A stretch of 64,000 bases of DNA from Phoronis australis (taxonomy: Eukaryota; Animalia; Phoronida): assembly GCA_002633005.1 (NCBI GenBank), contig NMRA01000580.1, positions 173,062 to 237,061 of the forward strand. Direction: 5' to 3'. Position numbers and translations under genes: made by a program. Positions 12,831-24,870 of the stretch are shown here, piece by piece (position 1 is the stretch's first letter; each line of letters opens with the position of its first letter). The notes beneath the pieces were generated by a model. The model saw nothing but the letters and a program-made list of their open reading frames with translations, was not told the origin of the DNA and ran no database searches.

Positions 12831-13068
12831 CAGTGGCAGATCTACGATTTCAGTAAGGGGGGTTTAGGATTCGAAAGAATCCGAGGCGCGTAGTGCCGAG
12901 GAGAAGGAAGGTCGCGAGAGGGTTTCCCTCCTCCCGTGTGAGATTTTTTGGGATTTTTAGTAGCTAATTTCGTTTTTCTGGCGATTTTTTTTTTCCAGTT
13001 TTTATTTTTGATCCTGTACCGAGGGGGGGGGGTTAAACCCCCTGAACCCCCCTGTAGATCCGCCTCTG
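12831..13068. mobile_element. MITE with CAGTGGCAGATCTA...TAGATCCGCCTCTG termini
   Basis: TIRs; flanks CCACG/CCACT (degenerate 5-bp TSD). Confidence 0.75.
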
Positions 13069-13507
13069 CCACTGCAGACTCGACTCGAGCACAACGATTA
13101 CTATCGAATTCAGTACGTAATTTTGCCACAGGCAATGGTTTCATATAATTCTAAGCGTAATAGTTAGACTGTTCAGCTCATACAGGGAGCAATATCGTCA
13201 TCAAAATGTTCAAGAAACGAATAAATTACCTGGTTAAGGCGAACTTCTCTTCTTCGAAGCAGTACTGGAAACAGCTGACTTATTTGTCTCTAGTTGCCGA
13301 AAGGTCAAACCGCACAGCATTATGGGCAACATTCGTTTGTTTTGATCACGCAGATTTTAAGAAAATAAATAAAAAATATGTACAGGCAGCAGATCGACCC
13401 CATACTTACAAAAAGTTCTAATTAAGTGTCAGAGAGTATGTTTCAATGGTTTTTATGCAGATTCACGATGTTTTTAAAACGTCTAAAAACGGATCATATG
13501 ACTTTAA

Positions 13508-15160
13508 AGTCCTTCTCTCACGCGTTGTTAACCCTTATTACATGGTTAGAAGATGTTATAAGGATCCAAGAAGTACCTACCCCATAACTAATACACGATC
13601 CGTACTCGAAAACAGTTTAAATGAACGCGCCACTCACGATTTGCACCCGAAGAAACACCGCCATTTTGAACTTGCCGGGAACCCGGAAGTACAATTCATT
13701 CAGGAACCCAGGCCGAGAAAACGCCGTCAGTGCGACTGGAGCAGTGCCTGTACTGTTACCAGCCAGCAAACGGGGATAAAAAAATCGACAGCGCGCCTTA
13801 ATTTTGATAAAATCAAATTACGGACAATTTTATGGAATTTGCTGAAGAAATGTGGGCGAATAAATTTTGACAGAAATTATTTTGCCAGACTCGGGACCGC
13901 AGCCTATCGGACCCGGTGCGGATCGAGACCAGACACTGGCGAACGGTAAATGCATGCGGTTGCAAGCTGTTTTGTCGAAGTAAAATGGTCAAATGATAAA
14001 TGCTGCATATATTCAAGGATAGTTTCAGACACTTGCATGAAATTTCGGGCTGGTTACTCCTGTGTCACACTGCCGCGGCAGACCTTAATTAGCCTCAGTC
14101 ACCAGCTACCAGTGAAGACTATAGTCAAAATACAGCTTGTTAGTAGGCCTATACAGCTTTGCGCCAAGACTACCCTAACTGGTCGCTGGCCACAAACACA
14201 AAAAAACATGAAAATTGAACAAAGTTTCTTTTTTGTAGCAACGTTTGTCCAAATGTATCAACGTTAAATCTTCACAAATTACAAAGTAGCCGATTGAACA
14301 TGCCTTTCAGTTCAGCAAAAGCCGACATTGTAAGTGCCGCCAGAAATGAGACGAAGTCCAACGGGAATTGTGAGCACATTTATCACTTAATGAGTAACAA
14401 CTGCGAGGCAGAAATTTGGTGAACATTGCTAAATCGTGCAGAATAGTAAGTAAAGATATGTCTAACTAAATTTGGCGAAAACAATTTACACAAAGTTTTA
14501 AACTCGTAACTCATCCCGCTGTCCTCCAATATGGCCGACGCGATCCAAACAAAGTGACCCAAATTTCGCCACAAAACTTGCAATAACTTTACAGTGCTTA
14601 CCCGGATTTTGATACTTTTTCGATTTTTACTGAGAAGAATGTACTACCTTTTCGATGATAGAAAAGTACTTTTTCAAAACGAGGAAAAAATAAAACCGAA
14701 AAAAAATTGGTTCGACCCATATTGGTTCCTGGGTTCGACCCGCCTACGTAAGGAACTAAACACCAATGCTATTTTAACATACTAAGTACGAGTAACATTC
14801 CAAAAAAAATCAACGACCACTAACTACAAACTATAAATACACTACATATGCAAACGAATCACGATACTAATAAAACAAAATAATGAAGACTTTTCGAGCA
14901 AGCCATAGCACATTCAGTTACAAGGAAAAAATGGCGGCGTTCAGGACAAGTTCCTGAACTGATGAGCCAGAAATGTGGGTACGGAAATAACCGATGACAA
15001 CCGGTAATCATACGCTCAGAGAGAAGGGTCAAATACTGTTAAAAAATCGCTTTTGGCAAGAAAGGCGAAAAGAATATAAAGAAAGGGTGTCGAAAATAAG
15101 AATTTATGTCGTAAGTATTTTCGGATACTGGAACCACATGGGCAGTTTGCAAGAAGGACT
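13508..15160. mobile_element. TTAA-flanked non-autonomous TIR element (element D, Kolobok-like)
   Basis: TTAA at 13504-13507 and 15161-15164; TIR AGTCCTTCT / AGAAGGACT; no recognisable coding remnant. Confidence 0.65.
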
Positions 15161-15164
15161 TTAA

Positions 15165-17276
15165 GGCAAAACTGGCAGAATTGGCACAGTATGGGCGCTC
15201 CCTGTGGCGTTGATTTCATTCAGTAAAAGGTTCGCATATCGAAAAATTCGAGACCTCCTATACTTTAGGCTGGGTGCGCGCATGCATAGAACTCCTACTC
15301 TGGACTGGAGCTCTATGGAATTGGCGACAAAATAACGAAAACACAATTTAAACAGTTTCTTGTTTTGTAGCTGTGGTAAAAGCTTATAACTTCAAGAAGT
15401 CAACCCCATGATAATACCAAAATGCGTTTTTCGACCCGGCCCGGCCGTGACACATAGCTGGGAAAATAATCACTTGCTAAATTGACTTTGATTTTCAATT
15501 GTTAGACAAAATATATTTTAAATCGCGACAAAAATTTACAATCTACACCTCCGTTGTCTAACTATATCAATCCCGCTATTGAAAAAGCAAACGCGGAGTG
15601 CGGGGTGTAGTGAACTGTAATCTACAATGCACAGGCATAAAAAACGGCCTAGGTTACATGGACACGAGGAAACATTGCAACAAGAAACCATTAATTCTAG
15701 GATGCATCGGTCCTGAGGAATACAGTAAACCGTTGAATCTTCTATAACCGCCCGGAGTCTGAAGTCTACTTTCATTGCCAAAGAAACCGTTGGCATCCAG
15801 GCGCTTCACAGAGCCAAGCCGGCATACTCTTTTAGTTAGGACTGTTATTCTCTTTTGATGTGCTTCGATTAAAATTGACATCTTACCAGCAGTTTCTGTT
15901 ATTTCATCCTCACTCAGATTTCATTTTCTTTAAAAGAAGTAATTTTCTTCATTGCACAGTGGAGCAGACAACGGAAACGAAGTCGTAGTGCCCCGCGCCA
16001 CTGGCGGTCACGTGAGATATCGCGGGAGAGCCTATATTTAGCCATAGTTCCGTTACGATTGCGCCGTGTTCCAAATTTGACACTTGAAATTGGATCTGAA
16101 CCCCCCCCCCCAAACACTAAAACACATTATTTAAATCTTGCTTCAGCCGTATAATTTTAATTACCGGGGTTAATTAACAAACTCCACATTTCCCTAAGCT
16201 CTTGCCGTTTTATTTTTTTGCGGCAACCAAGGGGAGGTGGGGGGCCTCTGACCCCCCCCCCTAAATCCGCCTATGCCTATTTTGACTTACCCATTCGTCA
16301 GGCTTCTGTTTGGTCCCCTGGGTGTAGGATGTTTTCGCCAGTTATTTTTCCACTGCATCCCTAAAAAAGTCGTAAGCAAACCTTTGTCAGATGCGGTGCA
16401 AAACTAAGATGGTCCGTGAAATACATCTGCGCTTCTCCAAGAAGCCGTTCCATTTTCAGAATTTCATGGCAGCAAACGCAAGCGTCAGTCGTTTCCAATA
16501 TCGTGCAGTTGGCGCACTGACACCATAGTGCCATTTACACTACACAAGTTGACACCGATCAGCTGACACGGATCGAGATGTTCTAGCGCAAGTATGTGTG
16601 TAAAGAGAACTGACCTGGAGCAAATTCACACAGCAGTGACAACTTTTGCCACCCGTTTGTGAGGTAGAGCAATTTGCGCTCCATCATCTTGCTCCGTGTC
16701 AATTATATGCCTTTAAACTCACTGGGTTAAGGCGGAAAGGATCATCTCTACTGCGCTTGTGCAATGACCTACATACGGGTTCTCCGTCTCTGCAACTCCC
16801 GCTACATGTATTTGTAAACCTGCGCATGTGTGTTCCACTCTCCAGCCTACAATTTCTGTCTTGCCACCAGAGTCTTCGTTGCCACCCAAAAGGTACCCTC
16901 TCATCCAAGGCTTTACCGCAACCAGGTGGCGCTGTGTGTAATACCACCGCGTCGCTAACAGATAGCGCTGCTTTTAAGCAGTCATGTCACTTGTTTATAG
17001 CGAGTAATCAGCCAAGCACAACTACACTGAGCCTTCGACGTTGATAGACTTGTTACAATTTTTGTGAATTTTTTGCATAATCTTGACTTAACCCAACAGT
17101 CCGTTTCAGGGCTAACCCAACAGTCCTTTTAACGACTACGTATTATTCATTGGTTCCTAAAGTATTTTAGTTAGTAGTGGTTATTGTAAGATTATAAGAA
17201 TCGTTTTTTCCTAGTGCGTTAAATTGTGAAAAGTTGCCGAGTGACTGGCACCCTTATTGCGGCTGCCAGTTATGCT
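15165..17276. mobile_element. Possible fourth TTAA-chain element (element F)
   Basis: Starts GGCAAAACTGGCAG right after TTAA; CTGCCAGTTATGCT at 17263-17276 (12/14), but the right TTAA is not intact. Confidence 0.35.
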
Positions 17277-17772
17277 AATTTACATCTTTTTGTTCGGTAG
17301 ATTTTTCAGTAGGAAGTTGGCCAGTGCACCATTTTGGGGTTGAGTCCAATGTAATGAACCTTTTGCAGGGACGAAATGGAAATTTAGGGGCCTATTGGAC
17401 CTCGCGTGGGCTCCCCAAAACTTATTGAAAAAGTACCGCCTACCCGCAGTTAATGGTACGCGCCAGCGGCCACCTTTTGCCAATTCACGCGCGTGAATCA
17501 TTTGAGATATTTTGTAGTTATCGCGCGCAGGAGTGAAAAAGTTAACGGTGACCAAAAATATGGGGTTGGAATTATTTGCAGAAAGGTTCACTGAAGAAAG
17601 TAAGCGCCTTATTAAGTGATACAGTGTAGTTTTAAGTGTAAAATGTATTTTTGACGAGGCGAAAACTCTTAATCGGTGAGCATATTTCGCCTACCGCCCG
17701 TTTAAAAATACAGAAAGCGATGGGAAGTATTGTAACCCCTAACCCTCCAACCGAGGGGCTACGTATTGCTTA

Positions 17773-18646
17773 CGAGGCCGTGTGAGCGCATGCTAATTCA
17801 TTGTTTGCAAACAGAAAGCTGTTGTGAAATAAAAACTTGATTTTACATGGTCAGATGATAGAGGGTTCTTTATTTAGCTATACATCTACATTATTCGAAT
17901 CATTGTTACTGTACAACTTTTGCCCTGACAGTTCTGTGGAATGGAACGTGACTTCGCGGCCCACGACGAACGGTATAATTATTTTTAGTTTCGCGGCTAA
18001 TTCACCCAAATAATCACGTGTACATTGTTTCTTTGTGTACTCTTTTCGTGATTGGAAGTTTAGTTTCCAATTTTGGCAGGTTTATGTCCGTGATGTCTTC
18101 AGTCCGGCTGTGACGGGCCAAATCGGATTCCGAGCCACTGGCCGGGATCACAAGCATTTCGTGTGCTTAGAACTGAAAATATCGCAAGTCTAACAGTACA
18201 ACACACAGCCATGTTCTCTTTTCTGTATTTCACGGAAGAATAATTCGAATTTATCACCGAACAGACCCCAAACACCCGCAACCGACCTTGGTAAATTGGC
18301 CCGTACCGAACTTTGTAGGCTACGGTACGTTCAAATACTGATAAATCCGTAACAGCGAAATAAAACAACACGTTTGTTCAAGAACTCGATGAATTTTTAA
18401 GGGTTTTACATCGAATTTTGATGATTTATTGGTGTAAAACGATGAACTCAAGCGATAACCTGACACATGGTAAGCGTGTTGTTATGCTTAACAGACTGCG
18501 TTCGAAACTATGACGTCAGTGGTTAATTTCAGCACCTCCGTCTGCCGTCAGGTGTCAGGTAAAAGAGCTGTACTTGCTGTTATCGGGTGGAACTATTCGA
18601 TATAAATTGATACCAAACAGGTTGTTTTTTAAGACAGCATTCTCCT
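17773..18646 (-). mobile_element. Kolobok family A, truncated inverted copy (left end)
   Basis: Reverse complement of ~1430-2270; ends ...GCATTCTCCT followed by TTAA at 18647-18650. Confidence 0.8.
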
Positions 18647-19059
18647 TTAAAGTCTCTGAAAGTATTTCTGCACCCCAGCAACACAACTTGGTCTTTAGGT
18701 TTCAATTTAGCTTCTAGTGTGATTAATAAATGAATAAATGCCCAAAACGTGCGGAGAGCGGAGTACATGAAGTAATATCCCACGAGACATTGAACTATTT
18801 TCCGAAAGTTTGGTGATCGAACCGGCCAACGATATCGAGTCGACATTGACCTACCTTTTGAACTTTCCATGTCAGAGGTCACTGTTGAAATAGTGCGGGA
18901 GGTGAATACGGAAAACTTTACATGGCCTTACTTCCCTCAACAGCTTCAACGCACATGGGATAAAAGAGATAATTTTCCACCTGAAATCGGTGCACGGCCT
19001 TGAGTGTAGCTTGAGTGGGCATTCATTTTAACTGATCACGCATCGGCACTTGAATACAA

Positions 19060-19193
19060 GCGGGCCTAATCTGTACTGTTACTACAGCTTCTGACCGTCA
19101 GAAGCTGTAGTAACAGTACAGATTAGGCCCGCGTAGTACTGTTTTAACGGGGCAATTGTGTGACACAATTGCCCCGTTAAAACAGTACTACGC
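19060..19193. repeat. Two abutting perfect palindromes (36-bp and 31-bp arms, 1-nt loops)
   Basis: 19060-19095 / C / 19097-19132 and 19131-19161 / G / 19163-19193 are exact reverse complements. Confidence 0.97.
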
Positions 19194-20828
19194 TTCATGA
19201 ATGCAACGCATTAGACAATAACTTAAAGTCAACAATTGCTTTAACAGACCATTGGTTTCCTTTCGGGACAATGAATGCTTACCGACACAAACTCCCATGA
19301 TGTTATCACAGTCCTTCCGGCACACGTGACTTCCTGCAGGCCACATGACTTTGATGCACATTCGTTACTCGTGTCAGTATTTATTTAACTGAAACAGCAT
19401 ACAATCACATACTCAGTTGCTAAAGCATAGGTCATTTTTTCTTTGGGTTCGGGATTATATAACGCAGGTTTGAAAATTTGCAAACGCACGAACACGGAGA
19501 CAATTACCATTGCATGTCAAAAAGCTCCTCCAACTACACAGCTCTCACAGAGGCACATTAGGTTCTCACTTGTTCACTGACCCACAAACTTGTGCCCGTG
19601 CACACAAAACGCTAACAAACACGGCTAGAGCACGGCCCAGGTCTCCTTGATGACCATACATCCGCGTGCTTTTAGGCCTAGTGAATGCAACCCGCGAAAC
19701 GTGGATTTTGAGAACCCAGACTGGTGTTTTTGAGTCAGCAAACTATTTTGTTCGGAAAGCCCGACTGTGTGCCCGTTTATTCCTTGAATTTGATAAGGCT
19801 GGGTAGAGCTGAAATGTATGCAATATACTCTGATCCAAACTTGGTTGTAGGCACGACTTTACTTTTTGTTAGTAGTGCTGTAGTTGTAAAATTATAGGTA
19901 CTGTAAGTAGGCGCCCGAAGCCCACCGTATCACCTAGTTTGAGCACTGAATTTTAAAAGTGCATTGAATTCGCAAAACCTCTAAAACATGTACGCTTATT
20001 TTTGACTCATGAATGGGTATTTACTTCGAGTCTGCAGTGGCAAATCTAGGATGTCGCAACCACACATATAGGATGGCAAAGGTTCGCGTGCACTCCAAGC
20101 GTGTACGTGTACAATACGAAACAAGTGACTGACATAACAATTACCAATGCGCAAGTCGATACAATGTGTTTAACTGGCCTGTGGTTAACATAAGCCTAGA
20201 GTGTACTTACACGCTCGTGGTAGACTTACAGTTGATTTTTCAGAACCACCGTCTTCTTCTTCTCCAGTGCTTCAGAATGCGAAATGATACGAAAACCTTT
20301 GTTGCTTTGCGGCGACATGTTGAGCAGCGAGGTGTTGGCAAGATAGCATAACCCAGACGCTTCCTCCCAAAACGCAGTCACACAAAGGTCCTCCTGCCTC
20401 CCATAAAAAACAAATGCACTCAATTTCACGTCGGACGGGAGCAGCCACGTAGAATTCAGGTGTGAACGTTCTGGTAAGAATTTTCAAGTTCGCGATTTGA
20501 GATCTTGCAATGTGCCCATCTGTGGGACAAACCTTTACTATACCTGTCCGTAAAGAGCCCGGAAGCTATTGTCATTTTGGCAAAGCTATCGCCACAATGT
20601 AGAGCGAAACTACTAACAGGCCCATGACTGCCACATATGCATTCACGGAAGATGTAGACCGGCAGTCCAGAGCACTTAGCATAGATAAACGAGGTACCAA
20701 CATCTGACCGTGGGAGCATTTAGTCAGCCCACCTCAGTATGCATAGAAATGGATGTCTGCCGTTGTCTGCACTCTGGGTGTGACCCCTGGGGGCCTTACA
20801 AAGGGCCCAAAAATAAGCTAGACTAGAT

Positions 20829-21552
20829 ATTCGAGGTACCAATCAAAACTGATTTAAAACGAACAATAGTACCGCACTGAACACCGAATGACCCATGACA
20901 GACAAATTGCACTCTAGAATGAGTCCGACAGAAACCAAAAAAGGACCCCCAGACTGAATGAGCTAACACATACATTCGAGGTACCACAAAAACCAACTCC
21001 GTGTGATTCAATACATGTCACAGATCACTAAAACTCCTATGACAGACCAAATACATTCTGGGTTATGCCGGGCAGAAACCTCCAAAAATCTCAAGCATGG
21101 TATGCCAAAAAGGACCCCCTAAACATTATGAGATAGCACATACATTCGAGGTACCACATAAAACCAATTCAATATAATTCAATACATGTCACAGATCACC
21201 AAATGCCCTATGACAGACAAATTACACTCTGAGTTGTGCCCGGCAGAAACCCCAAAATATCTCAAACATGGTTGGACTAGATTTTCGAGGTACCGGCACA
21301 AACTGATTTTAAACGAACAATAGTACCGTACTGAACACCGAATGACCCATGACAGACAAATTGCACTCTGGAATGGGACCGGCAGAAACCAAAAATGACC
21401 CCCCAAAATTGAGCTAGCACATACATTCGAGGTACCACACAAAAGCAATTCAATATAATTCAATAAATGTCGCAGATCACTAAAACCCCTGTGACAGACA
21501 AAATACACTCTGGATTGTGCCCGGCAGAAACTCCCAAAAAAATCTCAATCAT
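20829..21552. repeat. Satellite-like tandem array, ~140-170-bp units of two subtypes
   Basis: Units start TTCGAGGTACC near 20829, 20974, 21144, 21283 and 21426; order X-Y-Y-X-Y. Confidence 0.85.
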
Positions 21553-21554
21553 GT

Positions 21555-21835
21555 CTTCGGTCCCGCCTGCCGCGACGGGCCTGATCGGGCTCCGAGCCAC
21601 TGGCCAGGATAACAAGCGTTTTGTGTGTTAAGGAATAAAAAAATCACCAGTCAAAACAATACAAATTTAGGTTCACCTGTCTGTATCTCACGGAAAAATA
21701 CTTCGAATTTATCTCCGAACAGACCCCGAACTCCTGCTACGGACCTTACCTGCCGAACTCTGTAGGCTACGGTTGTCCAAATACCAATAAACGGCAAAAT
21801 AAAACAACACGTTTTTATAAGAACTCGGTGTACTT
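21555..21835 (-). mobile_element. Kolobok family A internal fragment
   Basis: Matches 18100-18400 (and the reverse complement of ~1680-1920); abuts the Gypsy RT truncation point. Confidence 0.75.
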
Positions 21836-21836
21836 T

Positions 21837-24800
21837 TTAGGGAATCTTTACGAACTTGTAGCAACCACTTGGTACTACAAACGAGGTCTGGGGTCGTGAT
21901 TCTTCGGCGACAATGACTTGCCAGTATCTTTTACTTAGATCAATTTTCGTAAAATACTGCTCTTTACTGATCTTAGCCATGATGTCGTCGAGATTGCCCA
22001 TCGGTTTCGAGTCAAACTTTGTGATGGCGTTCAAACGACGAAAACCGATGCAGAATCGATTTGATCCGTCCTTCTTCTTCACTAAGACCACCGGGGAGTC
22101 GTAGGGTGCATGGGATGGTTCTATGACTCCACACTTGTTGTCAACTTCCTCCTGCACAACCGACCGTGTGGCATATGGCAGGGGATACGGCTTGACTCTC
22201 ACCGGATCTCCACTGATGGTCTCAATCTTGTGCTCAACCAGATGGGTCGTACCTGGTACTTCACTTAGATGTCAGAGTACTCTTCTTGCAGACTTATCAC
22301 CTCCCTTTGTTGGCTAGTAGTGAGCTCGTCTGATATCTTGGCATTTTTGTACGTTTCTTTTTGGTTTGTTGATCCCAGCTCTAGTAAATGTTCATCATCG
22401 ATAACACCAACTTCATTGTCCATTTCAGGCTGCAGTACAGCTATTGCCGCGATGTCAGAATTCTGATCTGCATCATCTTTACTTGCAGTCCCACTTTGGT
22501 CACGAGACATGTAGAGTTTCAACTGGTTGGCATGGTATGTCTTGGTCTTTCCAACAACCCTTACTCGGTAGTCCATTTTGTTGAGTACCTCGGTCACTTC
22601 ATAGGGACCCCTCCACTGCAGTAGCAGCTTGTTACTGTCGGTTGGTAACAATATTAAGACTTGGTCTCCCACTTTGAAGCGACGATCTCATGTCTTTTTG
22701 TCATAATGGTGGTTGTATGCTTCACCAGCATTTCGTAAGTTTTCCCGCACCAGTTCACATGTCTCTTTCAGACGATGTCGCAAGTCGAGGACATACTCAT
22801 AAGTATTCCGTACGTCTGGAGTTTCATTGCCAGTCCACAACTCTTTAAGCACCTGCATGGGCCCTTGCACGGTTCTACCATACAACACTTGAAATGGCGA
22901 GAAACCTGTGCTCACTTGGGGTACCTCTCGGTAAGCGAACAGTACTGCTGGTAAGTACCGGTCCCAGTCTTGTGGACGCTCTTGGTACATTTTCTTAAGC
23001 ATACTCTTCAGTACACCGCCAATACGCTCACAGAATCCATTGCATTTCGGATTGTACGGAGTGCTGAACAGTTGCTTCATGGATATCAACCGTGCAACTT
23101 CTTTCAGTACTTCTGAGGTGTCCCACAGTCACTAAGCACCTCTCCTGGAAAGCCAATTCTACAAAAGGTTTCAAATAGTGCTTCTGCGACTCGCTCAGCT
23201 TCTATTCTGGGAAGAGGGACTGCCTCTGGGTATCTTGTGGCATAGTCTACGATGGTGAGAATGTACCGGTTGCCTCTGTCTGTGATTGGCGACACAGGGC
23301 CAATCAAATCAACAGCGATACGCTGGAACGGTTCTTCCATAAGTGGCATCTCAACCAATGGCACTTAAGAGATCCTGCCCTTAGGAGTTGTTCGCTGGCA
23401 GATGTCACATGATCTGCAGAAACTATTTATGTCACTGCCAACTCCTGGCCAATAAAAGCTACTGGCTGTTCTATCACTGGTCTTCTTCACACCAAGGTGC
23501 CCACCAACGATTGACTCGTGAGCTAGCGTTGTTGTCGATATTTGACAAGGACAACTATCTGACGCAATTCTTTGGTGTTATCAGCATACACTCGGTACAG
23601 GACCCCCTTCTGCTTCTCATACCAGTATTGACATCTACCACGTGTTCTTCTTGGTTTGTCTTTCTCAGCAAGTTCCATGAGCTTACGTAGGTTGGAATCA
23701 TGTTGTTCGTCCTTCAATTTGCTGACGTCGAGACTTTCCACTCCGGATGGAGTCACCGCCAAAGGCTTAATAGATTCCTCTCTCTTCTTAGCCTGTGCAG
23801 ACTGCAGACATGACACTACCTTGTGGTTGCCAAAGGGGATCAGGATCCTTGCTGACGCCAACAGCATTCCCTATGATGAGGTCGTATATTGGTGTTCGCG
23901 TGAACATCGCCTCGATTTCATCAACGAAGTATGGAGTATCTCCTGAATCTTCGCTATGGGAAAGGATCGTGCTGTCCCATCTATTAACGCCCAGATGTGT
24001 TGTTTCCCCGTCAGTTGACTTTCTTTCACTAGGGAGTCTTCACCGCTGCACTACTGCAACCAGTGTCACGCATCATGCGTACTTTTGTTTCGTTGACGTA
24101 ACTGTCACAAACGGGCATATTGTTGTCAGCTGGAGGTTCTCTGTGCTTGTCACAGGCTTCTGTCTCTACGGGTATTGATGTCGTATCGACTAATTGCAGA
24201 CAGCCATCAACTATGTGCTGCTCTATCGGACTAACCTTTGCTACCACAGCTTGACACATCACCGACTTCTTGGTGTCTTCTGTCTTGGCCCGTCCCTGCT
24301 GCGAGGCAGACTACTTCTTACCTGCAGCGAATCTTTTGGACTGGAAGTCTTTCATTCCACAGTCCCTTGCTAGATAACCTTTCCAATGACAATTGAAACA
24401 CTCTTTGTCCCCCTTGTTTCTGTTCATTGACGAACGAATAGTCTCTGTCCTTCGTTCATCCGTGTCGCTTGGAGGTGCCTGTCTTCTGGCTATCTGTCCC
24501 AAGTCTTTCTTTGTAAACCCTTTGCCCAACAAAGCAGTACAGTGGGCGTCCATGTACTGTTGAGCAAAGCCGATATCTCGTCGAAGGTCTTCGGTTTCCG
24601 TTCCCTCAGGGATACAGACATCTCAGGATGGCATGCTCCCAGAAACTGCTCTCGGATCAGTATGTCTCTGAGTCCATCATAAGTCGCCTCGACCTCCGCC
24701 AGTTGTGTCCATCGGCCAAAGAACCTTTTCAGTCTTGTCCCGAGTTGGGACACGTGTTCACCCTTTTCAGGCTTGGACTCTCTAAACTTACGTCGGAACC

Positions 24801-24870
24801 CATCTTCGGTTAATTCATACCTGTGCAGCAGCGCCACCTTTAGTTGGTCATAGTTGTTAATTTGGTCCAC
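21837..24870 (-). mobile_element. Gypsy LTR retrotransposon internal region, Gmr1-like (gag-PR-INT-RT), pseudogenised, no LTRs
   Basis: Gag/SCAN-like LKVALLHRYELTEDGFRRKFR and CFNCHWKG knuckle; protease MRDTGCS; integrase PFQRIAVDLIGP, YPEAVPL, QDWDRYLPAVLFAYREVPQ, WRGPYEV; RT PVVLVKKKDGSNRFC...KIDLSKRYWQV; frameshifts and stops. Confidence 0.93.

Larger units (their letters stand above)
3027..13503 (-). mobile_element. Large (10.5 kb) TTAA-flanked TIR transposon (element E) with spliced DDE transposase pseudogene
   Basis: TTAA at 3023-3026 and 13504-13507; TIRs AGTCCTATGGTCCG / CGGATCATATGACT (12/14); carries nested Kolobok B and MITEs. Confidence 0.65.

Noticed and set aside
13446-14267. 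167-aa and 105-aa ORFs as genes
   Set aside because: The first crosses a transposon junction; neither has a recognisable domain
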